Origin: Oopsacas minuta
Lineage: Eukaryota > Animalia > Porifera
Reading direction: 5' to 3'
Assembly (NCBI GenBank): GCA_024704765.1
Contig: JAKMXF010000299.1
Span: forward strand, 248,001-312,000
DNA: 64,000 bases
Numbering within the stretch: position 1 is the first letter of the stretch; each line of letters begins with the position of its first letter. Positions 23,605 through 34,600 of the stretch are shown piece after piece. Both the position numbers and the translations under genes were made by a program. The notes beneath the pieces are model-generated. The model was not told where the DNA came from, did no database searches, and worked only from the letters and a program-made list of their open reading frames with translations.

Positions 23605-24234
23605 CTATATTTCATACAATTAATATATTTATACAAAAAAACTATGAAATAGACATAAACTAGAGCAGTTTTAGTCGCAAAAGTTGCAAAAGTTCTCGGA
23701 GAAATGTACGAATTTTCAGTGAAGCACGGAATAAAGTAGAAATTCTTTGTTATTTGCAAACTTGTGTAAATTTAGAGAAAAAGGTGCGAAAATATTGAAA
23801 ATTCAATTAAATAATAAAGTATACAAAAGAATAATACCTGTGAAACAACATGCGAGAAGTAACAAAATTATTGCTACTGGTCTCATCGCGAAAAAGATCG
23901 TTTCGCAAAATTACACAGTAAAATAGGAAGCAATTAGATTTCGCAAAAAGATATCAAATTAGTACTGGCATGCATATTCCTCCGCGATTTATGCGAAAAT
24001 TGTAATGAATCACAAACTGCGAAATCTGATTGGTAGATGGAAGATTAAAATAGTCCCAATTATGAGAGAATTTCGCGGGGATATATTAGCTAATTAATTC
24101 CAAATCTCGCTTGAATCTAAAAGAGGAACTAGTCAACCAAACTCTTAACTAAATCAAACAATAATTTCAATAATAAAAGTTCTCAAAAATACAATTCAAC
24201 TCAAAAATGCAAAAATAAAACAACAAAATAATTC

Positions 24235-25668
24235 TCAATTGTTCATGGGATTCAAAAACTGCAACTGTTTTTGCACATTTTTCGCACAAATTGACACAAC
24301 CTTTTTACCATCAATAACCGCAATCCCTTTGGTGTGAGGAGCATCTTTAATATCCTCATTTCCTAAATGTGATCGATATCCCCCGTACACATCAAACTTG
24401 TGAATAGAAGGTGAATTAAAATTAGTGATATATGAATTTCCTTCCTCATCAATATCGAAAAACTGTACACGCGCTTTGTCTGAGAAGAAAATGCCTCCAA
24501 GAAATGGAGTGTAGCTTGAAAAGAAAGTAATGCTATGTCCTAGCAAGATACCAGTTTTTGAGAAATAAAATAGAGAATAGTCACCACTATCTAATACGAT
24601 AACTTTATCTCTGCGGATTTTTACATCCCTCGGGCCTGAGAGAAATCGTACGCCGAATTGATATTTAACATGCAAAAGCTCATCAAAAACTCGTATTTTC
24701 ATTGAGTTTTTATCACAAGCAAATACGTTTCCATCTTCTGGATCAACAGCTAAATTCTGTATGCTATTGAATGATTTACTTGGAGTTGAAGCAATGAATT
24801 CTCCAACTTTATCCTGAATCGCGATTATGGCATTATTCTGTATATCAGATACATATATTTTACCCTTTCTTACACAAATACCATATAAGGTAACATGTCC
24901 TCGAATCCTTTTCGGGAAATCAGGATTTATTATCTCTCTACCTTCACCGTCACTAGTAAATACAACTATCTTATTTGCTTTACCACCGTCTAGTGCATAC
25001 ACAAATTGGGTATCAGGATCAATGGACATAGCGGAAGGCGAAGTTAAAAGAAAATTAAGTTCTCGCCAAAGACAAGCTGGTAACGAATTAGATGGAGATG
25101 GGGGATCGATCTTTTCATATGACACTAGATAATTAGGTGAAGCCGGTGGAATCTGTGTACTCTGTGCTAATGAATACTCCGGAACCATGGATTCGTTGAT
25201 CACATTTGATTCCTCAATTTCCAAGCGATTATGGTTGACAAATATATCGCCGTCCAATTGCAAAGACACAATATTAAATGGTCCTTCAAACTCAAGATAA
25301 CCTGAAGTTCTAATACACTCATCAATACAAATTTTGTAGTCAAATTTCACCCATGCTTTTTCTATTTTCGACCATATCTTCTCCTTTTTGTCTGTGCACA
25401 TCTTGACTTGACTAGTGCGAACACTCATATCAAGTGAGTCATTATTTTTGAACATATCAACACATGTATCAACCATTATGTTTAGTTTTGCGATACTCTC
25501 CATATTTGCTTTATTTTTTTTGATATACTGCTCGTTCAAAACTCTCAAAACATGCAAAATATCATCTTTACGGGACGAAAGTTTGGAAATAAGCTCGTTG
25601 TAGTGTGTTTCTACCTGAGAGATTGCCTCCTTTACAAGGAGAGTAAAATTCAGATCTGCCTCAGCCAT
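24235..25668 (-). CDS. Coiled-coil + NHL-repeat beta-propeller protein (TRIM/NHL-like, no RING or B-box); intronless
   Basis: Heptad-rich N-terminus, then NHL-type blades (PSAMSIDPDTQFVYALD, LAVDPEDGNVFACD, GPRDVKIR, FDIDEEGNSYIT). Confidence 0.8.
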   Translation of the reverse strand: MAEADLNFTLLVKEAISQVETHYNELISKLSSRKDDILHVLRVLNEQYIKKNKANMESIAKLNIMVDTCVDMFKNNDSLDMSVRTSQVKMCTDKKEKIWSKIEKAWVKFDYKICIDECIRTSGYLEFEGPFNIVSLQLDGDIFVNHNRLEIEESNVINESMVPEYSLAQSTQIPPASPNYLVSYEKIDPPSPSNSLPACLWRELNFLLTSPSAMSIDPDTQFVYALDGGKANKIVVFTSDGEGREIINPDFPKRIRGHVTLYGICVRKGKIYVSDIQNNAIIAIQDKVGEFIASTPSKSFNSIQNLAVDPEDGNVFACDKNSMKIRVFDELLHVKYQFGVRFLSGPRDVKIRRDKVIVLDSGDYSLFYFSKTGILLGHSITFFSSYTPFLGGIFFSDKARVQFFDIDEEGNSYITNFNSPSIHKFDVYGGYRSHLGNEDIKDAPHTKGIAVIDGKKVVSICAKNVQKQLQFLNPMNN

Positions 25669-26462
25669 ACTAACACCAAATAGAATGTTTTCTCTAATAA
25701 ATTGTACGTTGCTTTATATATGATTGTCGCACTAGGCAATTGTCTATGATACTACTTTTAGTATCAAGGATATAAATGAGGTAATACAGAATGGATAATT
25801 AGCCATATATTAGTATGGGAGAGATTGGTGCTTTTGTTATACAATAGACTGAATGAAGTTAAAATAATCATTAGGGGACGAATAGATCATAACAATCATA
25901 TTATGTTATGTCGAATTGAAGAAATTATATATACGAAATACAGTGTAACCTCGTTGAGACTATATCTTTAAAGTGGGGAAATATTTGGGGTTATGAGCAG
26001 ATTAATTAGATATTGAAAAGAAAATATGAATTGCTCCAGAGGATATAAGAACACTAATTACAATACGAAAACTGCTAAGTTCTTTTATCAAAATGTAAGG
26101 CCAAGACGAATAAACGAAGCACCAAAACATTAATTACAGTAACACTAAAACATAAAGTTATGCTATATGGATAAGACAAACAAATAAAGTGTTCTACTAT
26201 ATAATTTGTACGATTAACGAGGAGTTTGCAAACATTAATCACCTCCATACCACAGGATAACCTCTCCACAACGGACAACAGCTTGTTATAGAAAATTAAC
26301 CAAATATCTAAAGTATAGAATGCTCATTGAAATACGGAGAAATCAATAGCATCAATGGACACAAAACATATAATAAAGTAAGTGTATAAGTGTTTATTTA
26401 ACAGGAAACAATAGAATAATCTCGCTCCAATGCAAAATCATAGCAAACTGAAGAATAGTCTA

Positions 26463-29400
26463 TTAATTATGAATTTTAATTGCCTTTTCTGTATAGTAAG
26501 ATTTGTTTTTTGGTTTATCCACATGATCTAAACCGAAGAAAACAGAGTTCCATTTTCGTGAGAAACAATTTGTAAGTAAATGCACAGGTACTTGTGTTTT
26601 CTTAAAATCATCAACTTCAAAAACAATAGATTCATCTTCCTGATGAGTTATAGCTAAATCTCGTATGATAGCGAGTTTATAGCGTTTAAACACTGATTCT
26701 GTTAAATTCAATCTGAGTTGAATTTTCTTACGAATTAGCTGCACTGTATCGCCATCATTCAACAGAATTAGGAAAGGAATGCCGAAACAATTTGCAATAG
26801 TTTTGTTAAAGTGTACTACTTGTACTAATACCTGAAACCCATTGATATTTACTTGGTCAGGGGGTACCATGTCAATATTGAGTGCTGGTGGCCTCAGGTT
26901 TGAAACGAGGCTATCTTTCTCTGTGAAAACCTGCGAAATTCGAGCAGACGAAACATGATAAGCGCGAATCGGTTCGGGATCAAGGTTAAACTGAATTCGA
27001 CATCGATCAAATATGTTTGCACAAAATTCAGTTTTATCAACATACAGCTGACAGGTATTCTCTACTGTCGCATTAGGAGACAGCAAATTACACTTAATCG
27101 GCATTTTATTAGCCAACTCTGCTAAACGAATATCAAGAAATCTGTATAGAAGGGTGTAATCTTCATTCTTATGATATCTCGGTGAAACAAGTTGAGCTAA
27201 ATAGCTTGTACAATCATGCTTAATATCATCAGATATAACGTCCATATAATAAGCAGATCTGAAAAATTGTATTTTCTGATAGTCCATGTTAAGGATCTTA
27301 CCCATCATTACTGCCATCTCTGGGTAACACATATCTCTACGTAAATGCATTGCAAACCCGTAATCGTCTACTCCTACTTGTTTGAATGCGATACATATTC
27401 GTAGACTAATGTCATCTAGATAATCTTTGGCATTCAACATTGGGTTTCTGAATGGTAGAGTTGTTATACGAGTTGCATCATAGTGTGCGAGTTGATACAA
27501 CAGTACGTCACCATCTGCAAGTTCATTTATTGAACTTACGGACCCATCTCGATCCAGGGGGACAATTTGACCATACGCAACCTCTTCGAAAAAGTCCAAC
27601 TCACAGTCTTCAGGAAGTCCAGCTAGTTTACAGAGGAGAGGCGAGAATTCTGTAAAAGATGCGTTTATCGAGAATATCTGAGAACCTATGTAAGAGATAG
27701 TTTGATCGTAAACATCGAAAAACTTTAAAAAGAATATTACATCAGATTTCACATCAAACTGGGGTAAAGTTCCATTTTCCTTATCTTCCACAATTTCAAG
27801 GAATATTCTCCAATTATTGGTCTGTTCAGAATGGGCCCAAATTGTTGCCTCTCCTGATAACGCAGAATGTTGAGAAGTAGGACGATAAGATTCATTGATT
27901 CTACTCTTAATCGGCCAAATTCGACATCGATCTGGAGCACAGCCGAAATGTGAAGCAATATCATTATGGAATGAAGTAAATACAGTATCTTTCTTCACGT
28001 TAAGCGTTAATTGTTGTTCAACATAATCTGTAACCAGATCGAATCCATGGTTCTGTTCAAATTGTTTATCAGTGTATACATCAACTCGCATATACAAATG
28101 AGCTTCCTGTCTTTCCTTTCGCTTTAGCGCTTCACTTTGTCTCTCATCCTCAATTCTTTGATGCAAATACTGTGGTATATCTTCCTCAGTAACAGTTCTT
28201 ATAATATCTTCCATGTCATCTTCACATATATAAACCAGCATATACGCATTTGTACAAAACCTATTATTATGATGCTCACTTTGGCCGCCGAAGTTATTCT
28301 CAATAGCTTCCTCTTTCGAACAACGGAAAACAATTTCGTCATCAAATTTGAACCAATTCTCGTCACAATTAGGGTTCAGATAAGTGACGTAATGACCTCC
28401 ATTATTATCTCCCGTGTGTACGAATATTGTATGGAGAAGGTATATGACAGGTTTGGTTGGTGGATCCTTCAGGAATTCAGTCAGGTCCAAGCGGTCTGGG
28501 AATTCGCAACGATCGTTTATTTTGTCATTCAAATTGGTCTGTGGATCGAATTGGAAACGCATCAAATGGAGATGCAATACAGGAGGGAATCTCAAGAAGA
28601 ATACGCCTTTTTCAGCTTTCTGCAATCCATGGTCCCCCGCGTCATATTTATTGTCTCCGTCTAATATTTCCGGTGCGATATAATCCCGAAATGAATCGCT
28701 TATATGAGAAAGTCCTTTCACATTCAATTGTATATCAAAGAAAGTTTCCTCTCTTGAAGACATATAGTCCACACCAGTGCATTTTATATATGACTCCATT
28801 TTGCCTTCTAAATAACCAGGAATTGTTCCATCAACACAAGTGTTCTTCATAGCAGCATCAAGATTATCAAGCAATACACGACACATTTCTTGCACGTCAT
28901 GTTGCATTAAAATATCGAGGGTCTTCCAGCCGAATGCACGTGTCAATTTTTTAGTGCTAACAGCCTTATCTGAATGTTGTAGCTCGTAGAATAAACGCTG
29001 TAATGCTAGAGCTACGCTGAGGTTCGTATCATGACCTTGTGTAGGCATTTGGTAGACAGCTCTACGTAGTACATTTGTGAAGAACAAAGACTGTAGCATT
29101 GAGTTCATATAGCAGGTAGCACCCTGATTACGGAGGCCTACAAAGCCACTATGAGTCTTACTGTCCCAACCCATAGAGTGAGGTGCGTCAGCAACTATTA
29201 TAGTTTCCAGGAGAATTCGTCCATCTGTTACCCAACCAACTTTCTCATCCAAAAACGTAGAATTTATTTCAATCATGGAAGCGTAGCCCCAATCATTTGT
29301 ACGTGTTGTGAATTCATAGTATAAGTCACGTATTACACTGGTACTCCTATCAACTGTATTGACAAGTGACAGGTTAGCATGTGCTTGACAGCTCCACTGT

Positions 29401-29993
29401 GGATATTCGTTCTTGCACGCGGGGTCACACTGTACAAATACGCCCAAATTCCGATCCATACATTTTTTCACGACTAGAATTCGCCATGGTAACTCACGTA
29501 GAGTCAGAACTTCACTTGTAATACGTATATCACGAGAAACAATCCTGCTTATTGGTTGATGTGTAAGCAATTCAATTGGTAGGTAAAACTCAATCTTTCC
29601 ACTTCCAGCAAAATCATCATGCAAAGTTGTCAATGTTTCTTGAGGTAGTATTACAGGACTGGTTAGTCCACTGTCTAGTGTGGCACATGCAGGTTTTGAA
29701 TCAGGAGAGGGAGATGATGACTGTGAGTCTATCTTCAAACGTTTAGAATGATTCACAGGCTCTACCATTTCCATATCATCAGATGATCGTCTCTTATATA
29801 ACTCATAATCATTACAATTGTCTATAATTATATCTTCAAGAATACCAGGACTTGCATCAACTAAATCGTTGTCAATAATTTTCGAGTCTGTTATTTCATT
29901 ATCAATAACAGAATCAGGAATAAGATTCTCATCTTTATTTGGATTTGAATTTTCTTCGTTGTTAGAGATGTGTTCACTTGTAGAATCTGCCAT
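26463..29993 (-). CDS. USP7: Ubiquitin carboxyl-terminal hydrolase 7; single exon, 1176 aa
   Basis: MATH domain (LRELPWRILV, DWGYASM), Cys box GLRNQGATCYMNSMLQ, QHDVQEMCRVLLD, His box HTGDNNGGHY, C-terminal UBL repeats. Confidence 0.97.
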   Translation of the reverse strand: MADSTSEHISNNEENSNPNKDENLIPDSVIDNEITDSKIIDNDLVDASPGILEDIIIDNCNDYELYKRRSSDDMEMVEPVNHSKRLKIDSQSSSPSPDSKPACATLDSGLTSPVILPQETLTTLHDDFAGSGKIEFYLPIELLTHQPISRIVSRDIRITSEVLTLRELPWRILVVKKCMDRNLGVFVQCDPACKNEYPQWSCQAHANLSLVNTVDRSTSVIRDLYYEFTTRTNDWGYASMIEINSTFLDEKVGWVTDGRILLETIIVADAPHSMGWDSKTHSGFVGLRNQGATCYMNSMLQSLFFTNVLRRAVYQMPTQGHDTNLSVALALQRLFYELQHSDKAVSTKKLTRAFGWKTLDILMQHDVQEMCRVLLDNLDAAMKNTCVDGTIPGYLEGKMESYIKCTGVDYMSSREETFFDIQLNVKGLSHISDSFRDYIAPEILDGDNKYDAGDHGLQKAEKGVFFLRFPPVLHLHLMRFQFDPQTNLNDKINDRCEFPDRLDLTEFLKDPPTKPVIYLLHTIFVHTGDNNGGHYVTYLNPNCDENWFKFDDEIVFRCSKEEAIENNFGGQSEHHNNRFCTNAYMLVYICEDDMEDIIRTVTEEDIPQYLHQRIEDERQSEALKRKERQEAHLYMRVDVYTDKQFEQNHGFDLVTDYVEQQLTLNVKKDTVFTSFHNDIASHFGCAPDRCRIWPIKSRINESYRPTSQHSALSGEATIWAHSEQTNNWRIFLEIVEDKENGTLPQFDVKSDVIFFLKFFDVYDQTISYIGSQIFSINASFTEFSPLLCKLAGLPEDCELDFFEEVAYGQIVPLDRDGSVSSINELADGDVLLYQLAHYDATRITTLPFRNPMLNAKDYLDDISLRICIAFKQVGVDDYGFAMHLRRDMCYPEMAVMMGKILNMDYQKIQFFRSAYYMDVISDDIKHDCTSYLAQLVSPRYHKNEDYTLLYRFLDIRLAELANKMPIKCNLLSPNATVENTCQLYVDKTEFCANIFDRCRIQFNLDPEPIRAYHVSSARISQVFTEKDSLVSNLRPPALNIDMVPPDQVNINGFQVLVQVVHFNKTIANCFGIPFLILLNDGDTVQLIRKKIQLRLNLTESVFKRYKLAIIRDLAITHQEDESIVFEVDDFKKTQVPVHLLTNCFSRKWNSVFFGLDHVDKPKNKSYYTEKAIKIHN

Positions 29994-31373
29994 GGTGTGA
30001 TTGCGGGTGTAAAAGCAGTGGATTATAATGGATACAGCCTAACCGAGCAGAACGATAAATACAACTGGAGTAATCTACTGCTGTTTTGATAGGAAGAAAA
30101 TCTACTAATTGCACAAGTACGCTACCACAAATTGAAATAGTGGTATCTATGTATTATTCGAAAAGAGATAAATTGAAAACATATCATATATGGTTTAGAG
30201 ATAGTCTATTGCATTGCGTATTTGAATTATTATAAAGTTCGCTATAGTTTGCAATTAATGTTGCAAACTTTAGTGATTGCAAAAACAAGAATATTCAGGG
30301 TCAATATCATTTACAAAAATTCGAAATGTACAATTATAATCATACAGTTTTGAAGATTGGCTCGATATGGTTCTTATTCATCTCTCAAATATTCAATTTC
30401 TTTTTTGGATTCTCGGATAATCTGATCCTCAAGCAGCCTCATTGCAACTTCCAAAGCAATATGCAAACAAACATGTTACTGATTCAGCAATGCTTTAGCC
30501 CTAAACGAATAAATATTTATATTATTTCAGCTGTTAGATATTCATGCCCCAACATTCCTCAGAAAAATTCCTCAAATCCAAAATGCAAGAAATTCCTAAA
30601 TTTACAAACAGTCGAATCTTTCCATAGGAATGTTGGGAGAATGTTTAGATAGAAGATTTATCACATGTGTGAGATGAGAACGGATCCAAAAGTTCATAAC
30701 ACAATGCATGAGTTGCGTCTCGTTTAATACTGCTCAGTAATCTCTCAACGATACTATTAGTAAAGGAAGTATTAATATTTGGCATTTGCTTATAATTTAC
30801 TATCAAACTAAGAACTAAGTGCATGTTTTTAAACTATTAATTTGCTCGCCTGCAGAATAAAGAATTCTCAGATAAATAATTATACAAACATGCTTTTTCG
30901 AGTATCATCTTCGCTAAATCAGGAAATTCAGGATAGATAGATATTATTTACTCTATGTCAAATGGAGCATCGAAACTATGAGGAAAGGTAAGAGTAGAAG
31001 AAAACATGTAGATAACAATGCTGGACATCTAGCAAGATGATTACATGAAAGATAGCCGAAGTGAATATCCATTTAGCATCTACAAGTAACTACAGAAATA
31101 TAGGATTCATCAACAGCAAAACTCAAGAAGGAAAAGTCTCAAATAAACCTCTGGATCCGTTCTCTCTTAATTAACATATTATTGTATTACTCTATTACTT
31201 ATTAATAGTTATGCTAATATTTTGAAATTTGTATCTTTTCTCATTAACTTTCAAATAAAGGCTTTACAATGTGATTTCAACATCTGGCAGAAATAGCAAT
31301 TATGTAAGCGTTCACTTTTATAAAACAGAATTAATGAATGTGACACAATTTATTAAAGGAGAAGTTAGCTAAT

Positions 31374-31409
31374 GCTTGTTTTGAAGCTTGTTTTGAAGCC
31401 TGTTTTGTA
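31374..31409. repeat. 12-bp tandem repeat x3 (GCTTGTTTTGAA)
   Basis: Directly visible; the third copy is degenerate. Confidence 0.8.
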
Positions 31410-31679
31410 ACAGTTTTATGTGTACTTGTTGTCATAATTAAAAGTATTATTATTACATATATCCATCTTTGTAGTTAGCCAACCTATATAGAAGCAATAG
31501 CAAAGATTTTTCATTTACTAGAAAGAATAGCATAAGAATAGTAGACATAATATTGAAAACATAGCCAACTAACATTGGAACATTTAACTTTAAGAACCGC
31601 ATCTATAGATGCTCTCTACATACAGCATTGCTAATAATCTGACAAGTGAAGCTTGCCAATCGAGTGTAAGCAACTGACA

Positions 31680-34600
31680 CTAATGATTAGGTTTGTGGAA
31701 GTCATGTTGTTGGAAGTTGTGTGGTGGTCGTAGAAAGGGGGGTGGAGGTGGCCGAGAGAATCTATGATGAGGTTCATTTGGTGGGGGCATTCTAAAATTG
31801 AACGGCGGCGGCCCGGATGGGTGCCTGGTTCCTGGGGGCATTATGTTGGGAGGGGGTCGAAAGAAAGGAGGCTGGGGTGGGGGTGTTTGGAAGTGTGGAT
31901 TTTGTTGATGAAAACGTTTTCTATCTTCGATTATCTGTTCTTTAGAGGGAGAAGTAGCAGTGTTGTTTATATTGAGATCATGTCTAGTTAGATCAGGCAT
32001 TCCATAAGGGGGGATTTTGTTGTTAGGGGGCAAATGGAGAGATGGCGGCGGTCCAGGTGGTGGGGGCTGATTTAGGAGATGTGGGGGCAAGGGTATATTA
32101 TGTTGTTGGTTCATGATGGGTCTATAAGAAGGGTTTGGATGCTGTCGCATTGGAGAGATTGAATGAGGTGGAGCAATGGTCTGTGGTGGTTCTATAGAAA
32201 CTGGTTGAGGCATACGAGACATAGGGGTGTCACTAAAGGAGGGAGGGGGCATTGGAGGGGGTGCTGGGGTAGGTTGTCTAACTGAAGTACCATGTTTGTA
32301 ATCGAATACTTTCAAATTGAGACCTATAGGTGATTCCATTCGCTGTTTCTTAGTTTCATTAGGAATGTAAAAGTCTCTGTTAAACTGCATTTCCTTACTC
32401 ATATCCGGACTAGGTTCGATAGGCTTATACAGCCCCTGGGTATAGCTAGCGAATTGGTTGTACTGGTTTGGAGTTTTATGTTCCTCTGTATCAGGGGCCT
32501 CATCCAGTAGAGGGGTGGATTGTCCTGACGGAGGTATTTGTTCAGAACTCTGTTCTTGAGGCAAGTATGCACTGGGTGGTGATATCAATGTGTTGGCATA
32601 AGGATTAGTAAATTGGCGCATTTGATTCGGAGTTTGCGACTCAGTAATAGATTGTAGATTCGTAATAGCTACGTTCTTATGAGCAATCAATTTGTTAAGT
32701 CTATCTTCCACAGAAGGTTTAGGCTGGTCTAGTTCACTACTAACATGTTGTAACATATTAGACGGAGCTAAAGTCTGTTGTGATTGTAGTAGCCCTGTGT
32801 TCTTGCCCTGTTGTATAAATTCTAGCTGTGTCTGCAGAGCTGGTGAGATTAATGCACCAGTATCTGCTATTGCCTTGAGAAGTGATAATGTATCCATTTG
32901 CGGTACAGTAGCTGCTGCAGCCTTCAATAAGGAATCACTAGATGATATTCTGTAATCATTATCTCCTCCTGCACTTCTCGCTTGTTTCTGACTGTTTTCA
33001 TAAGCTCTGTCAAGTTTCTCATCAATCTCTTCATCATCTGAATCCAATTCCATGTCTACTTCTTCTGTGATGACGTCACGTCTTGCATCTCCCGTACCAT
33101 CACAGCTTTGTAGCCGCATTTCAAACATTACATTCAATTGCCCGATTTTACTATCAGCATCTTTATACTCCTACGAGTTAGTGTGTATCAAGCTAGTAGC
33201 TGGCAATTCTATATTAGATCCCATGGCATGCCTAGCTACCAGCACTTACCATTGGAATTCTGTAGTTAATAGTTTGCATGTAATACGTGTGCATACACAC
33301 ATGATAACAAATATTAATCGTTTTGCTTTATAATGAATTCTTATAATTAGAATTTAATAGACATAATTAATTCTCCCATAATTAGCATATATTACTGCTA
33401 TATATGTATGGCGTAGATGATGGCATTGCTGTGGATAAATTTGTTGTATGAAATCAGTGCAGTGGCGATTATCCGATATTGAATTTTACAATATATTTCT
33501 GAGTCGACTCGGTAGTTACCTTGATTGTTTGCACGAGCTGGGAAATACTAGCAGTGCAACTAGTGTATGCGTCAGTTAGCAAATGGATAATGTCTTTTCG
33601 TGCATCAACTTCTGCAGCTAAACTATCACAATAATCTTGTAATTTAGCACAGTTTTCATTAAATTCATTCAAAAACTTTCCACCATCAGATTTATCTATA
33701 GAGAATACATTGAGTAGTAAAATTACGTCGATTGTATATTGCCAAAGATTTGTACTAACAGTTCAAAGATTGTCATTTTAAATATAATGATAATGATAAT
33801 CTATTTAATGGATTGATCGGTACAATGAAGCCTTTATGAGTCTTAAGTGTTTAGGATAATTGTACGGTTTTGTGTGTGTAAGTTGATGTAAAATATTCAA
33901 ATGAGATAATTGTACGAAAGTAAATGACAGGTGGACAAAAGTAGAATTAATGTTGGTCAATCAAGCTGTGGTTTGTATGGCTATGTGGGAAAGATGGATG
34001 AGGTAATTTCTCAAAGCGAAGGGAGAAATTTATGTTTAATAATTGTAGTCTGTGTCCATGCGAACTCGTAGACAAAATCCTATTTAGGCTTTGGTAAACT
34101 TCGAAAGGGAAAAATAGTTAGTCTAATTTCTTCAAAATACAATATGATAAATTGCAATAATTATTATTGCACGATTCCAAACACATTAATTATGATAAGT
34201 TTGCTAATTATATATTTTCGAGTTGGGATTTTTACATAAACATACAAGAAACAAAACATTGAGCATCAATAAATACAAACAAACATCTGGACGGATGTCA
34301 ACAAACACGAATAATATCTACAATTACATATTTTACTAATAAACAAGAAAACACGACTATATAGACAAGAACAAATACAAGGTCAATAAATCCTTACACA
34401 CATCAATTAGACGGTTTTAAGCTAATTATGACCAAATATACAAATGGTTGATAACAAACAACATTAACCATTACGTAATAATAATGCCAATACTTCATGT
34501 TGCAGCCACAAACTTTGGCTATCTGTCATAATCTTCTGCGGAATACGTTGAGATATTTCGTGCTTTTGTAATGTTTAAATAACCACTATGCCTTCAATCC

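Noticed and set aside
23640-24050. Cluster of TTCGCAAAA / GCGAAA motifs upstream of the guanylyl cyclase
   Set aside because: No defined TIR pair or regular period; probably an old repeat remnant and not a CRISPR-like array.
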